Source of the DNA: an uncultured Planctomycetia bacterium
Lineage (GTDB): Bacteria > Omnitrophota > Gorgyraeia > Tantalellales > Tantalellaceae
Assembly: GCA_964409365.1 (NCBI GenBank)
Contig: CAYPCX010000001.1
Location: 128,684 to 192,683 of the forward strand
DNA length: 64,000 nt
Reading direction: 5' to 3'
Shown: piece after piece, positions 9,058 through 19,329 of the stretch
How the letters are laid out: the number at the start of each line of letters is the position of its first letter
Numbering within the stretch: position 1 is the stretch's first letter
Position numbers and translations under genes: made by a program
Notes under the pieces: model-generated
Database searches by the model: none
Seen by the model: only the letters and a program-made list of their open reading frames with translations
Told to the model about the DNA's origin: nothing

Positions 9058-9863
9058 AAAGCGACAGAACACCGGTTAACGCGGCGATAAAAGAACCCCG
9101 GGGACCTGTTGACAAGATAAGGACGCGATGGGGATTTATTTTCAGGTCGTTCAGGTTGAACATCAGGACATTGCTCGCGTGTAAAAGTCTTATTGACGAC
9201 TATAGACATGAATTAAAGACTATCAATTTGGGCGAGCGTTCCCCGGTCGGATGGTTTACTTACCCGTTCCTGGAACATCTGGGATCATGTGATCTGTCGA
9301 AGTCGAAAGTGTTCGAATGGGGAGGAGGATATTCAAGTCTGATGTGGTCCGACCGCTGTAAGAAGGTGGTTACGGTCGAGAGCAACAGCCAATGGTTCGA
9401 ATATATCAAGAGCAGGTCCTTGGACCTTGAGAATATGGATCTGATCCTGGCGCAGGATCGGGATTCTTATATCGGCTATTTTGACGAACACAGGGGATCG
9501 GATATCGTATTGATCGACGGGCGCTGGAGATATGATTGCGCGGCGACGGTCCTGGAAAAAATATCCCCTTCGGCAGTGATCATATTGGATAATTCGGAAT
9601 GGTGTCCTGATACGTGTTCGTTGCTGCGGGCGCGGGGGTACGCGCGGATCGATTTTCCGGGGTTCGGGCCCTGTAATCAGTTCACCTGGTGCACATCGAT
9701 ATTCTTTAAGTCGCTGGATAACCCGTTGCTGAATCCCGTTAACTGTCCGTCCAGCGCCGGCGGTATATTACTCGAACGATCGGGCTATATGTTCGCAGGG
9801 GAGCATGAGAAGGCTCCCGAAAACTCGGAGGAACAATGCCGGAAAACTCATCCCATTACTTAG
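9054..9863 (+). CDS. Putative class I SAM-dependent methyltransferase
   Basis: FEWGGGYSSLMWSDRCKKVVTVESN (glycine-rich SAM motif I-like) and DIVLIDGRWRYDCA (motif post-I/II-like). Weak family assignment. Confidence 0.45.
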   Translation: MKSDRTPVNAAIKEPRGPVDKIRTRWGFIFRSFRLNIRTLLACKSLIDDYRHELKTINLGERSPVGWFTYPFLEHLGSCDLSKSKVFEWGGGYSSLMWSDRCKKVVTVESNSQWFEYIKSRSLDLENMDLILAQDRDSYIGYFDEHRGSDIVLIDGRWRYDCAATVLEKISPSAVIILDNSEWCPDTCSLLRARGYARIDFPGFGPCNQFTWCTSIFFKSLDNPLLNPVNCPSSAGGILLERSGYMFAGEHEKAPENSEEQCRKTHPIT

Positions 9864-10621
9864 ATGGAATGGCCCAGCGCATAGAGGCGCTTCGTAACGA
9901 CAAGGACCTGAGGCTGATCACCCTTGATTGGGTCGCGAGGGCGGGCGGCCGCGGCTATGGATACAACTTTTCCTGGCTGGGCAGGCCGATAATCCAGGTG
10001 CCCCAGGACATAATGGCCATGCAGGAACTTATATGGCAGGTCAAGCCTGATCTCGTCATCGAGACCGGTATCGCGCATGGCGGGTCGCTGATCATGAGCG
10101 CGTCCATGTTAGCCATGCTGGACTATTGTGAAGCGGTCGGATCCGGTACGGTGCTCGATCCCGCGGATACGCGCCGCCGCGTGATGGGGGTCGATATAGA
10201 TATATCTTCCCGTAACCGTGAGGCTATAGAGACGCATCCCATGGCGCATCGGATCGATATGCTCCAGGGATCGTCCGTCGATCCGGGAATAATAGCGCAG
10301 GTCCACGAGAAGGCCGAACGCCATGAACGGATCATGGTCTGTTTGGATTCAGACCATACGCACGATCACGTTCTGGCGGAACTGGAAGCTTATGCCGGGC
10401 TTACGAGCAAAGGCAGTTATTGTGTCGTGTTCGACACATCGATCGAAGATATGCCCGAAGAGATCTACACCGACAGGTCCTGGGGCAAAGGCAATAACCC
10501 CAAGACCGCGGTGTGGGAATTTCTCGGGAAAGATGACCGTTTCGTTGTCGACAAGGAGATCCAGGAGAAGCTGTTGATCACCGCCTCTCTTGACGGGTAT
10601 TTAAAGCGCGTAAAGGACTGA
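9836..10621 (+). CDS. CmcI-family methyltransferase (cephalosporin hydroxylase / rhamnosyl O-methyltransferase family)
   Basis: WLGRPIIQVPQDIMAMQELIWQVKPDLVIETGIAHGGSL is the diagnostic CmcI-family block. An alternative ATG at 9869 would avoid the 28-nt overlap with the upstream gene. Confidence 0.75.
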   Translation: MPENSSHYLDGMAQRIEALRNDKDLRLITLDWVARAGGRGYGYNFSWLGRPIIQVPQDIMAMQELIWQVKPDLVIETGIAHGGSLIMSASMLAMLDYCEAVGSGTVLDPADTRRRVMGVDIDISSRNREAIETHPMAHRIDMLQGSSVDPGIIAQVHEKAERHERIMVCLDSDHTHDHVLAELEAYAGLTSKGSYCVVFDTSIEDMPEEIYTDRSWGKGNNPKTAVWEFLGKDDRFVVDKEIQEKLLITASLDGYLKRVKD

Positions 10622-10622
10622 T

Positions 10623-11549
10623 ATGGATATCAGCAAAGAACAACCGTTAGTTTCGGTGGGCATACCCACATACGACCGGCCTGAAGGCCTGCGCCGGGCG
10701 CTTGAGTGCATCACCGGGCAGACTTACAGGAACATAGAGATCATAGTATCTGATAACTGTTCACCGGGAGAGGCAACGCAGGATGTCATCCGGGATTTCA
10801 TGAAGAAAGACCCCAGGATCCGGCACTACAGGCAGGACAGGAACAAAGGGGCGTTTTTTAACGGCCTGTTCGTGCTCGAGAAGGCTGCCGGAAAATATTT
10901 TATGTGGGCGGCCGACGATGACAGATGGGACAGGCGTTTTATAGAGAAATGCCTGGAAAAAATGGATGATAATACCGTCTTGTGTTTCAGTGAATCCATG
11001 GTCACGTACCCGGACGGTAAGGAGGATTTTTTGCCTTCAAAAAAGGTCACAAAGGGCTTAAGCAAGGCGGAGGGCCTCAGGAGGCTGCTTCTTGACCAGA
11101 GAAGGAACAGGGAGTTCTACGGCGTCATGAGGACGGATATCGCCCGAAAATACAAGTTCACGCGTACTTACGGGGAAGATCATGTCTTTTTGTTCTATTT
11201 GGGGCTGAAAGGCGAAGTGGTAAAAACGGAACCGGGCCTGTTCTTCACCAATTTCGCTTCTTCAGGATACAGGTCGGAAGAAGAAGCGCTGAAGTCGAAT
11301 AAATACCCGAGACGTTTCCTGTATTTCGGGTATATCTACCAGATGGTGGAGACCATGAAGGCGCTTTACAGGTACGGCGACGGAATCAAGCGGTCGGACA
11401 AACTGAAGATACTTTATTGGATATTCCATAAATATTTTTTCGTCCATCATTTCAATTATAATATCCGTCTTAAGTTCAAAAGGTTCTTTAAAGACCTTTT
11501 CAACGGGCGGCTAAAAGGGGAAGGAGAACGGTATGAGCCTGAAGCCTAA
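10623..11549 (+). CDS. Glycosyltransferase family 2
   Basis: VSVGIPTYDRPEGLRRALECITGQTYRNIEIIVSDNCS.., the classic GT2 N-terminal DxD-containing domain. Confidence 0.8.
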   Translation: MDISKEQPLVSVGIPTYDRPEGLRRALECITGQTYRNIEIIVSDNCSPGEATQDVIRDFMKKDPRIRHYRQDRNKGAFFNGLFVLEKAAGKYFMWAADDDRWDRRFIEKCLEKMDDNTVLCFSESMVTYPDGKEDFLPSKKVTKGLSKAEGLRRLLLDQRRNREFYGVMRTDIARKYKFTRTYGEDHVFLFYLGLKGEVVKTEPGLFFTNFASSGYRSEEEALKSNKYPRRFLYFGYIYQMVETMKALYRYGDGIKRSDKLKILYWIFHKYFFVHHFNYNIRLKFKRFFKDLFNGRLKGEGERYEPEA

Positions 11550-12303
11550 ACTTAAAAAAGGCGAGACCACGCTGGGTTCATGGATAACGATAGGAGACCC
11601 GTCGATAGCCGAGATCATGGCATGCGCCGGTTTTGACTGGCTTGTGGTGGATATGGAGCACAGCGCTATCGGCTTGAACGAGGCCCAGCGGCTTATAAGG
11701 GTGATAGAACTGGCGGGTTGTGTGCCTCTGGTGAGAGTGGGGAATAACGATCCGAACCTGATCAAGCGCGTTATGGACGCCGGGGCGCACGGCGTTATCG
11801 TTCCCATGGTGAATACCAGGGAAGAAGCCGTGCGGGCCGTGGAAGCGGTAAGGTATCCGCCTCTGGGAAAAAGGGGCGTAGGCCTGGCGCGGGCGCAGGG
11901 TTACGGCTTCGGCTTCGAACAGTATAAAAAGTGGGTGAATAACGAAAGCGTCGTTATAGTCCAGACAGAGCACATTGACGGGGTGAAGAACCTCGAGGAG
12001 ATACTGGGTGTCGACGGGGTGGACGGTTTTATCGTAGGACCGTATGATCTTTCGGGGTCCCTCGGGAGGCCCGGTGACTTTGCTCATGCGAAGATGAAAA
12101 AAGCCCTCGAAAGAGTAGAAAAGATCTCTAAAAAGTCCGGGAAGGCCGCGGGCATACATGTGATACAGCCGGACCCGCAGGAGGCTGAGAAAAGGATCAA
12201 AGAGGGATATAATTTTGTGGCATTCAGTCTTGATACGCTTTTCCTGGGCACGTGTTGCAGGGAAGGGGTCAGAGGAATAAAGAAAGCGGGACGGAAGAAA
12301 TGA
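11533..12303 (+). CDS. HpcH/HpaI-family class II (pyruvate/2-oxoacid) aldolase
   Basis: LGSWITIGDPSIAEIMACAGFDWLVVDMEHS..VRVGNNDPNLIKRVMDAGAHGVIVPMVNTREEA..LGKRGVG is the HpcH/HpaI/GarL/RhmA aldolase signature. Confidence 0.8.
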   Translation: MSLKPKLKKGETTLGSWITIGDPSIAEIMACAGFDWLVVDMEHSAIGLNEAQRLIRVIELAGCVPLVRVGNNDPNLIKRVMDAGAHGVIVPMVNTREEAVRAVEAVRYPPLGKRGVGLARAQGYGFGFEQYKKWVNNESVVIVQTEHIDGVKNLEEILGVDGVDGFIVGPYDLSGSLGRPGDFAHAKMKKALERVEKISKKSGKAAGIHVIQPDPQEAEKRIKEGYNFVAFSLDTLFLGTCCREGVRGIKKAGRKK

Positions 12304-13070
12304 GAATAGTAGGCATTATACCGGCGCGCATGGCGTCGACGAGATTCCCGGGCAAGCCGCTTGCCGATATAATGGGCAGACCCATGATCCACCATGTCTA
12401 TTTCAGGAGCGGTCTTTGCACTAAGCTCGACGAGCTGTACATCGCAACCTGCGACAGGGAGATAAGGGATTACTGCGAAGATAACGGCATAAAGGTCGTG
12501 ATGACCAAAGATACACATGAGAGAGCGTCGGACAGGGCGGCCGAGGCCATTTCCAAAATAGACAGAAGGACCGGAAAAAGGACGGACATCGTCGTGATGA
12601 TACAGGGAGACGAACCCCTGGTGCTTCCCGAGATGATCGACAGGTCCCTGAGGCCCATTCTGCGCGACAAAAGTATAGACATCGTGAACCTGATGGCGCC
12701 CATCGGTTCAAAGAAGGAACAGAAAGATCCCAACCTCGTTAAAGTGGTAGTGGACAGGGATGACTTCGCCCTTTACTTCTCCAGGGAACCTATCCCATCG
12801 TGGAAAAAAGGGGCAAAAGACGTCCCCATGTATAAACAGGTGCCGATAATACCTTTTACCAGGGATTTTTTGACGAAGTTCAACCGCCTTTCGGCGACGC
12901 CGCTGGAAGTCATCGAGTCTGTTGACATGCTCAGGGTCATGGAGCACGGTTACAAGGTAAAGATGGTGCCGGTCTCTTACGGCACGCAGAGCGTGGATAC
13001 ACTGGAGGACCTTGAAAAGGTCCGGAAAATGATGAAAAAAGACAAGTTATTCAGAAAGAGGTACGAATAA
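12300..13070 (+). CDS. CMP-sugar synthetase (KdsB/NeuA-family acylneuraminate/3-deoxy-ulosonate cytidylyltransferase)
   Basis: MRIVGIIPARMASTRFPGKPLADIMGRPMI is the KdsB/NeuA CTP-transferase N-terminal motif. Start ATG 12300 overlaps the aldolase stop (ATGA). Confidence 0.8.
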   Translation: MRIVGIIPARMASTRFPGKPLADIMGRPMIHHVYFRSGLCTKLDELYIATCDREIRDYCEDNGIKVVMTKDTHERASDRAAEAISKIDRRTGKRTDIVVMIQGDEPLVLPEMIDRSLRPILRDKSIDIVNLMAPIGSKKEQKDPNLVKVVVDRDDFALYFSREPIPSWKKGAKDVPMYKQVPIIPFTRDFLTKFNRLSATPLEVIESVDMLRVMEHGYKVKMVPVSYGTQSVDTLEDLEKVRKMMKKDKLFRKRYE

Positions 13071-14899
13071 TGATCATTTTAGGGATAGTCGATTCACATA
13101 ACGCTTCCGCCTGTATAGCTATCGACGGTAAAATAGTCGCGGCAGTGCAGGAAGAGCGTTTCACGAAAAGAAAAACGGAAGTCGGTTTCCCCCGGAACTC
13201 GATAGACTACGTGGTAAAAGAAGCCGGCATCAAAAAAGAGGATATAGACCTGGTCGGCATAGCCAACTATAAATACAATCCCGGGCAGATGCTAATCAAA
13301 AGGGAAGCGAATTTCACCATCCAGGATTACATCCGGGAACAGTATGATTACTGGCTGCCCAAACTTTCGGGAAAACCCTTCAAGCCGTACCAGGAACTCT
13401 ACCCTCAATATTATCATCCGGAAAAGCTTCCTTATGATTTCGGCAAGATGGACCTTAAGGTCGGCAGCGCGGAAGAATTCTATAAAGTGAGGATAAAGAC
13501 GATAGCGAATTACCTTAATATCGACGTATCGAAGGTCGTGCACGTTCCGCACCATCACGCGCATGCTTATTACGCTTATTTCGCTTCACCTATAAGGGAT
13601 GAAGATACGGCAGTCGTTACCGCCGACGGGTGGGGGGACGGGTTCAATTCCATAATAGGTTCGTTCTCGAAGAACGACTTCAACTTTGTCTGGGGCATGA
13701 CCGGCAACCAGCTCGCCCGCATGTACAGGTATATAACCCTTCTTCTCGGGATGAGGCCGCTGGAGCATGAGTTCAAGGTAATGGGCCTGGCCCCGTACGC
13801 CATGCCGTACCATTATGAACCGGTCATAAAGGAACTCGAGGGACTTTTGAAGGTCGACGGCCTGGAAGTGGTCATGACGAAAAAAGAACCGGACTGGTAT
13901 TTCTGCCTTAAGGACCGGCTGGAAGGGCACAGGTTCGACGGTATAGCCGGGGGCGCGCAGATATTCCTCGAGAGGATCCTTTGCAAGTGGTTCAGCAATA
14001 TAGCGGAGCACATGGGTATCAGGAAGTTCGTTTTCAGCGGCGGAACTTCCATGAACATAAAAGCCAATATGGAGATACTGGGCCTGGATTGTATAGATTA
14101 TCTGGGCGTCCCGGCTTCCGGGAGCGACGAATCCATATCCATCGGCGTGTGTTATTATCTGATGAAGGAAAAATACGGCGTGATCGGGGAACCTCTTACA
14201 CATATGTACCTGGGGCCGGACATAAACGAAGACGAGATCAAGCGGGTCATAAACTGCGCTACCCTGAGGGATTTTGAGGTAGTGGATAAGATCAGCAATA
14301 AGTATATCGCCGAGCGGCTGGTCGAAGGGGACATTGTGGGTGTGGCGCGCGGGAGAATGGAATTCGGTGCGAGGGCTTTGGGCAACCGGAGCATTCTGGC
14401 CGACCCGAGGAGTTCCGAGACCGTCAGGAAGATAAATACCGCGATAAAAAGGAGGGATTTCTGGATGCCCTTCGCGCCGACGATAAAAGACACCTATCTC
14501 GACGAGGTCCTTATTAACGATAAGAACGTCTATTCCCCCTTCATGACGGTAGGGTTCAGGACGAAAGAGAAGGCGAAAGAGACCATGATCGCCGCGCTTC
14601 ATCCGTGGGACTTCACTGCCAGGCCGCAGATGTTAAGGGAAGAGGTCAACAGGGACTATTACGAGGTCATAACGGAATTCGAGAAGATGACAGGCGTGGG
14701 AGCGGTGCTTAATACGTCTTTAAATCTGCACGGTACGCCCATAGTCACTGACGTTAAAGATTCCGTAAAGGTCTTTCTTAATTCCGACCTGGACATGATA
14801 GTTTTGAACGATATAGCGATAAAAAGAAGAAGAGACGGGCGTTCCCGGGTTCGGGAAGAGTCATCTGCCGAGCCGGTCGTTTCCAAAAAGGCGGTGTAA
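13070..14899 (+). CDS. Carbamoyltransferase (NodU/CmcH/TobZ family)
   Basis: MIILGIVDSHNASACIAIDGKIVAAVQEERFTKRK (YrdC/Kae1-like N-domain of O-carbamoyltransferases). Conserved HHHAHAYYAYF block. 609 aa. Confidence 0.85.
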   Translation: MIILGIVDSHNASACIAIDGKIVAAVQEERFTKRKTEVGFPRNSIDYVVKEAGIKKEDIDLVGIANYKYNPGQMLIKREANFTIQDYIREQYDYWLPKLSGKPFKPYQELYPQYYHPEKLPYDFGKMDLKVGSAEEFYKVRIKTIANYLNIDVSKVVHVPHHHAHAYYAYFASPIRDEDTAVVTADGWGDGFNSIIGSFSKNDFNFVWGMTGNQLARMYRYITLLLGMRPLEHEFKVMGLAPYAMPYHYEPVIKELEGLLKVDGLEVVMTKKEPDWYFCLKDRLEGHRFDGIAGGAQIFLERILCKWFSNIAEHMGIRKFVFSGGTSMNIKANMEILGLDCIDYLGVPASGSDESISIGVCYYLMKEKYGVIGEPLTHMYLGPDINEDEIKRVINCATLRDFEVVDKISNKYIAERLVEGDIVGVARGRMEFGARALGNRSILADPRSSETVRKINTAIKRRDFWMPFAPTIKDTYLDEVLINDKNVYSPFMTVGFRTKEKAKETMIAALHPWDFTARPQMLREEVNRDYYEVITEFEKMTGVGAVLNTSLNLHGTPIVTDVKDSVKVFLNSDLDMIVLNDIAIKRRRDGRSRVREESSAEPVVSKKAV

Positions 14900-14900
14900 T

Positions 14901-15971
14901 ATGAAGAAAGATTATCCTTTAAAAGTAGGTATAGCGGGCTTCGGTGTTGTGGGCAAGCGCCGCAGACAGTTCATAGACCAGCACCCGAGCATGCGCACGA
15001 CGGCCGTATGCGACCAGAAGTTCGAGGGGTCGGGCACCATGCCGGACGGCGTGAAATTCTACACGAACTACAAGGAGCTTCTTAAGGAACAGCTGGACGT
15101 TCTTTTCGTGTGCCTCCCCAATTACCTGGCGGCCGATGTCACCATAGCGGGCCTCGAGAAAAGCATGCACGTTTTTTGTGAAAAGCCGCCGGGGAGGAAC
15201 ATCGAAGACATACTCCGCGTGATAGAGGTCGAGAAGAGGAATCCCGGTCTTGTATTGAAATACGGGTTCAACCACCGTTATCATGATTCGGTGCGCGAGG
15301 CCATGAGGATCGTTAACTCCGGCGAGCTCGGGGAGGTCGTTAACCTGCGCGGTGTCTACGGTAAAAGCAAGATCATACCTTTTGAGGGCGGATGGCGCGC
15401 CGAAAGAAAATACTCGGGCGGCGGGATACTCCTCGACCAGGGGATCCACATGGTGGACCTCATGGGCCTTTTCTGCGGCGATTTCAGGGACATAAAGAGC
15501 TACGTATCGAACGATTACTGGAACCATGACGTCGAGGACAACGCTTTCGCCATCATGAAGGACGAAAAAGGGCGCATAGCCATGCTGCATTCCAGCGCGA
15601 CGCAATGGGAACACAAATTCTCCCTGGATATAGCCCTGAGCGAAGGGTACCTGGAGCTCGCGGGGATACTGTCCGGCTCCAAAAGCTACGGCCAGGAGAA
15701 GCTTACCATCGGCAAAAGATCCGAGGCCGCCGTCGGCACGATGCAGGAAGAGACCCTGACGTACCTGGAGGACAACTCCTGGCGCGACGAGATATACGAA
15801 TTCGCCGGGGCCGTTACGAACGGTACCGGCATAGAACACGGTACCAGCGAAGAGGCCCTCAAGACAATGAGGGTCGTCTACCGCATCTATTATGCCGACA
15901 AAGCATGGAGGAAGGCCTATGATATAGCCGACCCCGACGCCATCGAAACGACAATAAAAGGAGCGAAATAA
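14901..15971 (+). CDS. Gfo/Idh/MocA-family NAD(P)-dependent oxidoreductase
   Basis: LKVGIAGFGVVGKRRRQFI Rossmann N-terminus. CEKPPG motif typical of Gfo/Idh/MocA (EKP). Confidence 0.8.
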   Translation: MKKDYPLKVGIAGFGVVGKRRRQFIDQHPSMRTTAVCDQKFEGSGTMPDGVKFYTNYKELLKEQLDVLFVCLPNYLAADVTIAGLEKSMHVFCEKPPGRNIEDILRVIEVEKRNPGLVLKYGFNHRYHDSVREAMRIVNSGELGEVVNLRGVYGKSKIIPFEGGWRAERKYSGGGILLDQGIHMVDLMGLFCGDFRDIKSYVSNDYWNHDVEDNAFAIMKDEKGRIAMLHSSATQWEHKFSLDIALSEGYLELAGILSGSKSYGQEKLTIGKRSEAAVGTMQEETLTYLEDNSWRDEIYEFAGAVTNGTGIEHGTSEEALKTMRVVYRIYYADKAWRKAYDIADPDAIETTIKGAK

Positions 15972-16588
15972 TGAGTAATATAGACAGTATCATCAACAGT
16001 TCCCCGGATGTGTCACAGTTCGCGAAAGGTTATTTCGAGTACATATCGAAACTGACCGCACAGCTTGATACGGAGGCCATATCCGCTTTTGTAAAAGAGC
16101 TGGAATCCGCGCGAAAAGACCATAACACGGTCTTTTTCGTGGGTAACGGCGGCTCTGCCGCCACCGCTTCGCACATGGCGAACGACCTCGCTTTCGGTTC
16201 ACGTGTCCATCAGGACCCTCCGTTCCGCGTCCTTTCGCTCACGGACAACGTCGCCGCCATGACGGCCGTAGCTAACGATAACGGCTATGAAAGTCTTTTC
16301 ATACGCCAGCTCAAGGTCCATTACAGGCCCGGCGACAAGCTCGTGGCGATATCGGCCAGCGGCAATTCCCCGAACGTGGTGACAGCGGCCGAATGGGTGA
16401 AAGAGCAGGGCGGGAAGGTCATAGGACTTGTGGGTTTCGACGGAGGGAAGCTCAGGGACATCTGCGACATAACGATATGCATAGAGACCCCCAAAGGGGA
16501 ATACGGCCCGGTGGAGGACGTGCACATGATGCTTGATCACCTCATATATACCTGGATATGGTACAGGAAACGCAAGGGAGATATCTGA
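15971..16588 (+). CDS. SIS-domain sugar-phosphate isomerase (GmhA-like / single-domain arabinose-5-P isomerase-like)
   Basis: VFFVGNGGSAATASHMANDL and VAISASGNSPNVV are SIS-domain motifs. 205 aa with no CBS domains. Confidence 0.75.
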   Translation: MSNIDSIINSSPDVSQFAKGYFEYISKLTAQLDTEAISAFVKELESARKDHNTVFFVGNGGSAATASHMANDLAFGSRVHQDPPFRVLSLTDNVAAMTAVANDNGYESLFIRQLKVHYRPGDKLVAISASGNSPNVVTAAEWVKEQGGKVIGLVGFDGGKLRDICDITICIETPKGEYGPVEDVHMMLDHLIYTWIWYRKRKGDI

Positions 16589-17526
16589 TGGGTTCTCTGG
16601 CAGGCGAGAAGGTATTGATAGGGCCGTCCTCGTTCGCGGCGATGGATCCATCTCCCATGGATATGCTGGTGAAGGCGGGAGCGGAGGTCGTGGACAACCC
16701 TTACAAGAGGCGGCTGACAAAAGACGAGCTCAGGGCCCTTCTTACAGAAGGCATAACAGGCCTGATAGCCGGGCTTGAGCCGTTAGACAGGGATGTCCTG
16801 TCGTCTTCAGGCCTTAAGGTGATATCCCGTTGCGGATCCGGCATGTCCAACGTGGATACCAAAGCGGCGGATGAACTGGGCATACTGGTGCGTTACACCC
16901 CCGACGCGCCCGTGGAATCCGTGGCGGAACTGGCGCTGGGCGCCATGTTGTCCCTTTTGAGGATGGTCCCGCTCATGGACAGCCAGCTGCACGAAGGCAA
17001 GTGGACAAAGAAAATAGGGACCCTCTTGGAAGGGAAAACGGTCGCTATCATCGGGTTCGGCCGAATAGGCAGGCGCTTGAGCGAACTTCTCGCGCCCTTC
17101 AACGCGAAAGTGCTTGCGGTGGACCCTTTTCTTGACGGGGGCGTGGATGAATACGATATCGTATCTCTCAATGCGGCGCTTCCCCAGGCGGACATTATCA
17201 GTATCCATTCAAGCGGGGAGGCTTGTGTGCTGGGACAGGAAGAGTTCGATATGATGAAGAGGGGCGCGTTTCTTCTGAACGTCGCTAGGGGCTCACTGGT
17301 TGAAGAGAACGCCCTTGTCAAGGCGCTGGATGAAGGACGGATAGCCGGGGCGTATCTTGATGTATTCTGGCAGGAACCGTACACGGGACCGCTTGTGAAA
17401 TACCCCCAGGTGATATTAACGCCCCACGTGGGCTCGTATACGAAAGAATGCAGGAAGAGGATGGAGACCGAAGCTGCCGATAATCTTATAGAGGCGTTCG
17501 GAAAAATAAAGGGAGGTCAAATATGA
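16588..17526 (+). CDS. D-isomer-specific 2-hydroxyacid dehydrogenase family protein
   Basis: GKTVAIIGFGRIGRRLSELL NAD-binding motif. Conserved R/E/H region (LLNVARGSLVEENAL..TPHVGSYT). Start ATG 16588 overlaps the upstream stop (TGATG). Confidence 0.8.
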   Translation: MGSLAGEKVLIGPSSFAAMDPSPMDMLVKAGAEVVDNPYKRRLTKDELRALLTEGITGLIAGLEPLDRDVLSSSGLKVISRCGSGMSNVDTKAADELGILVRYTPDAPVESVAELALGAMLSLLRMVPLMDSQLHEGKWTKKIGTLLEGKTVAIIGFGRIGRRLSELLAPFNAKVLAVDPFLDGGVDEYDIVSLNAALPQADIISIHSSGEACVLGQEEFDMMKRGAFLLNVARGSLVEENALVKALDEGRIAGAYLDVFWQEPYTGPLVKYPQVILTPHVGSYTKECRKRMETEAADNLIEAFGKIKGGQI

Positions 17527-18263
17527 ACATTGACTTCAAAGGCAAGAGGGTGCTCGTGACCGGCGCCACGCGCGGTATAGGCAGGAAAATAGCCGAAGAC
17601 CTGGCCGAAGCCGGTGCGGAGCTCATACTGACCGGCACGAATGAGGACGAGATAAAAAAGCTGAACTTATCCGGCGGGCCCAACATGAAATATTACCGCG
17701 TGGATTTCACCGACACGGGCAGCGTGGAGGGTTTCCTGAAGGAGCTCGGGAAGTTCGACAGGATCGATGTGTGCATCAACAATGCCGGTATCAACAAGAT
17801 CGATCTTATAGACGAAGTGGAAGACAAGGACTGGGACGATATCATAGCCGTTAACCTTAAGGGCCCGTTCCTTCTCACCAGGGCGGTCAGCGGCATCATG
17901 AAGAAGAACGGTTACGGCCGGATAGTGAATATCGCCTCCATATTCGGCGTCGTTAGCAAGGAAAAGAGGTCCACGTATTCGACGACGAAGTTCGGGCTTA
18001 GAGGCATGACGAAAGCCGCTTCGAATGAGCTTGCCGGATACGGGGTCCTGGTGAATGCCGTATCGCCCGGGTTCGTGCTTACGGACCTTACCAGGAGCAT
18101 ATTAAGCGAGAAAGAGATGAAAGAGATCGCGCAGCGGGTGCCGGCCAAACGGCTGGCCCAGCCGGAGGATATATCAAAGGTGGTACTGTTCCTGGCCAGC
18201 GACCTCAATACGTACCTGACCGGAAAGAACATAGTAGTGGACGGAGGGTTCATAGATGTCTGA
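17523..18263 (+). CDS. Short-chain dehydrogenase/reductase (FabG-like)
   Basis: VLVTGATRGIGRKIAEDL (TGxxxGIG) and NNAG motif. 246 aa. Confidence 0.85.
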   Translation: MNIDFKGKRVLVTGATRGIGRKIAEDLAEAGAELILTGTNEDEIKKLNLSGGPNMKYYRVDFTDTGSVEGFLKELGKFDRIDVCINNAGINKIDLIDEVEDKDWDDIIAVNLKGPFLLTRAVSGIMKKNGYGRIVNIASIFGVVSKEKRSTYSTTKFGLRGMTKAASNELAGYGVLVNAVSPGFVLTDLTRSILSEKEMKEIAQRVPAKRLAQPEDISKVVLFLASDLNTYLTGKNIVVDGGFIDV

Positions 18264-19329
18264 TAAATTCACCGTAAGGTCGAGGATAAGGGAGTATACC
18301 GTTGAGTTCACGGACCACCTGAAGGCCCTGGAGAAATGCGCCGGGGAAGGGGCTTTCCTGGTCCTGGATGAAAAGGTGGGCGAGTTGTACGGCGGTAAGA
18401 TGAAGGAGTTTTTCGCGCCGGAGAAGATCCTGATGGTCCATGCCGACGAGGAAAGCAAGACGCTCCGCGGATGCCAGGGTCTCATAAAGGAGCTTATCGA
18501 GAGGGGCATACGCAGGAACAATAAGCTCGTCGCCGTGGGCGGCGGCGTGATAGAAGATATCGCCGGGTTCATGAGCACCGTGATATTCAGGGGCATAGAA
18601 TGGGTATTTATCCCGACCACGCTCCTGGCGCAGGCCGATAGCTGTATAGGCAGCAAGAGTTCGATAAACCTGGGGCGGTACAAGAACATGCTGGGGTCTT
18701 TCTATCCCCCGTCGAACGTTTACATCGATGTGGAGTTCCTCAAGACGCTGCCGGAGAGCGAGATAAAGTCAGGCATAGGCGAGGTGCTGCACTTTTACCT
18801 CATTGCCGGGGAAGAGGAGCTGGCGGGCAGGATGATGTCGGAATATGACGCGATTTTGGCCGACCCCGGGAAGATGAAGGATTATATATTGCCGAGCCTC
18901 CTGATAAAAAAGAGCGTTATCGAGGTGGACGAACTTGATAAGAATGAGAGGAACATATTCAATTACGGGCACACATTCGGCCATGCGATCGAGACAGTCA
19001 CCTCGTACGGCATAAACCACGGCCAGGCGGTCACGATGGGCATGGATATGGCCAATTACATCTCCATGAAGAAGGGATATATAAAGGAAGAGGTATTTGA
19101 CCGCCTGCACGGCATACTGGCTAGAAATATGCCCGATTTCGCGCTCTCGGAGGAGTCCTCCGACGGTTATTTCAAGGCGCTATCGAAGGATAAGAAGAAC
19201 GTAGGTGCTGACCTGGGCTGCATATTGACAAAGGGACCGGGTAAGATGTTCAAGGAACTGGTTCCGATGAACAGGGTTTTCAAGGACGATATATTTGAGT
19301 ATTTCGGGAGGAGAACACCGGACAGATGA
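18256..19329 (+). CDS. 3-dehydroquinate-synthase-like sugar-phosphate cyclase superfamily enzyme
   Basis: GGGVIEDIAGFMSTVIFRGIEWVFIPTTLLAQADSCIGSKSSINLGRYKNMLGSFYPPSNVYIDVEFLKTLPESE and NYGHTFGHAIE match AroB/EEVS/DOIS-family motifs. Confidence 0.75.
   Translation: MSDKFTVRSRIREYTVEFTDHLKALEKCAGEGAFLVLDEKVGELYGGKMKEFFAPEKILMVHADEESKTLRGCQGLIKELIERGIRRNNKLVAVGGGVIEDIAGFMSTVIFRGIEWVFIPTTLLAQADSCIGSKSSINLGRYKNMLGSFYPPSNVYIDVEFLKTLPESEIKSGIGEVLHFYLIAGEEELAGRMMSEYDAILADPGKMKDYILPSLLIKKSVIEVDELDKNERNIFNYGHTFGHAIETVTSYGINHGQAVTMGMDMANYISMKKGYIKEEVFDRLHGILARNMPDFALSEESSDGYFKALSKDKKNVGADLGCILTKGPGKMFKELVPMNRVFKDDIFEYFGRRTPDR

Noticed and set aside
13586-15839. Long minus-strand ORFs (338 aa at 13586-14602; 306 aa at 14919-15839) inside the carbamoyltransferase and Gfo/Idh/MocA genes
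   Set aside because: They are antisense to strongly supported + strand genes. Their translations are Arg/Pro/His-rich with no family resemblance.
15971-16588. Assigning the SIS protein firmly as GmhA to go with gmhB and the GT9 heptosyltransferases
   Set aside because: GmhA and single-domain arabinose-5-P isomerases are both ~200-aa SIS proteins and cannot be told apart by eye. Its position inside the aldolase/CMP-transferase block, 40 kb from gmhB, makes the heptose assignment uncertain, so only the SIS family is called.
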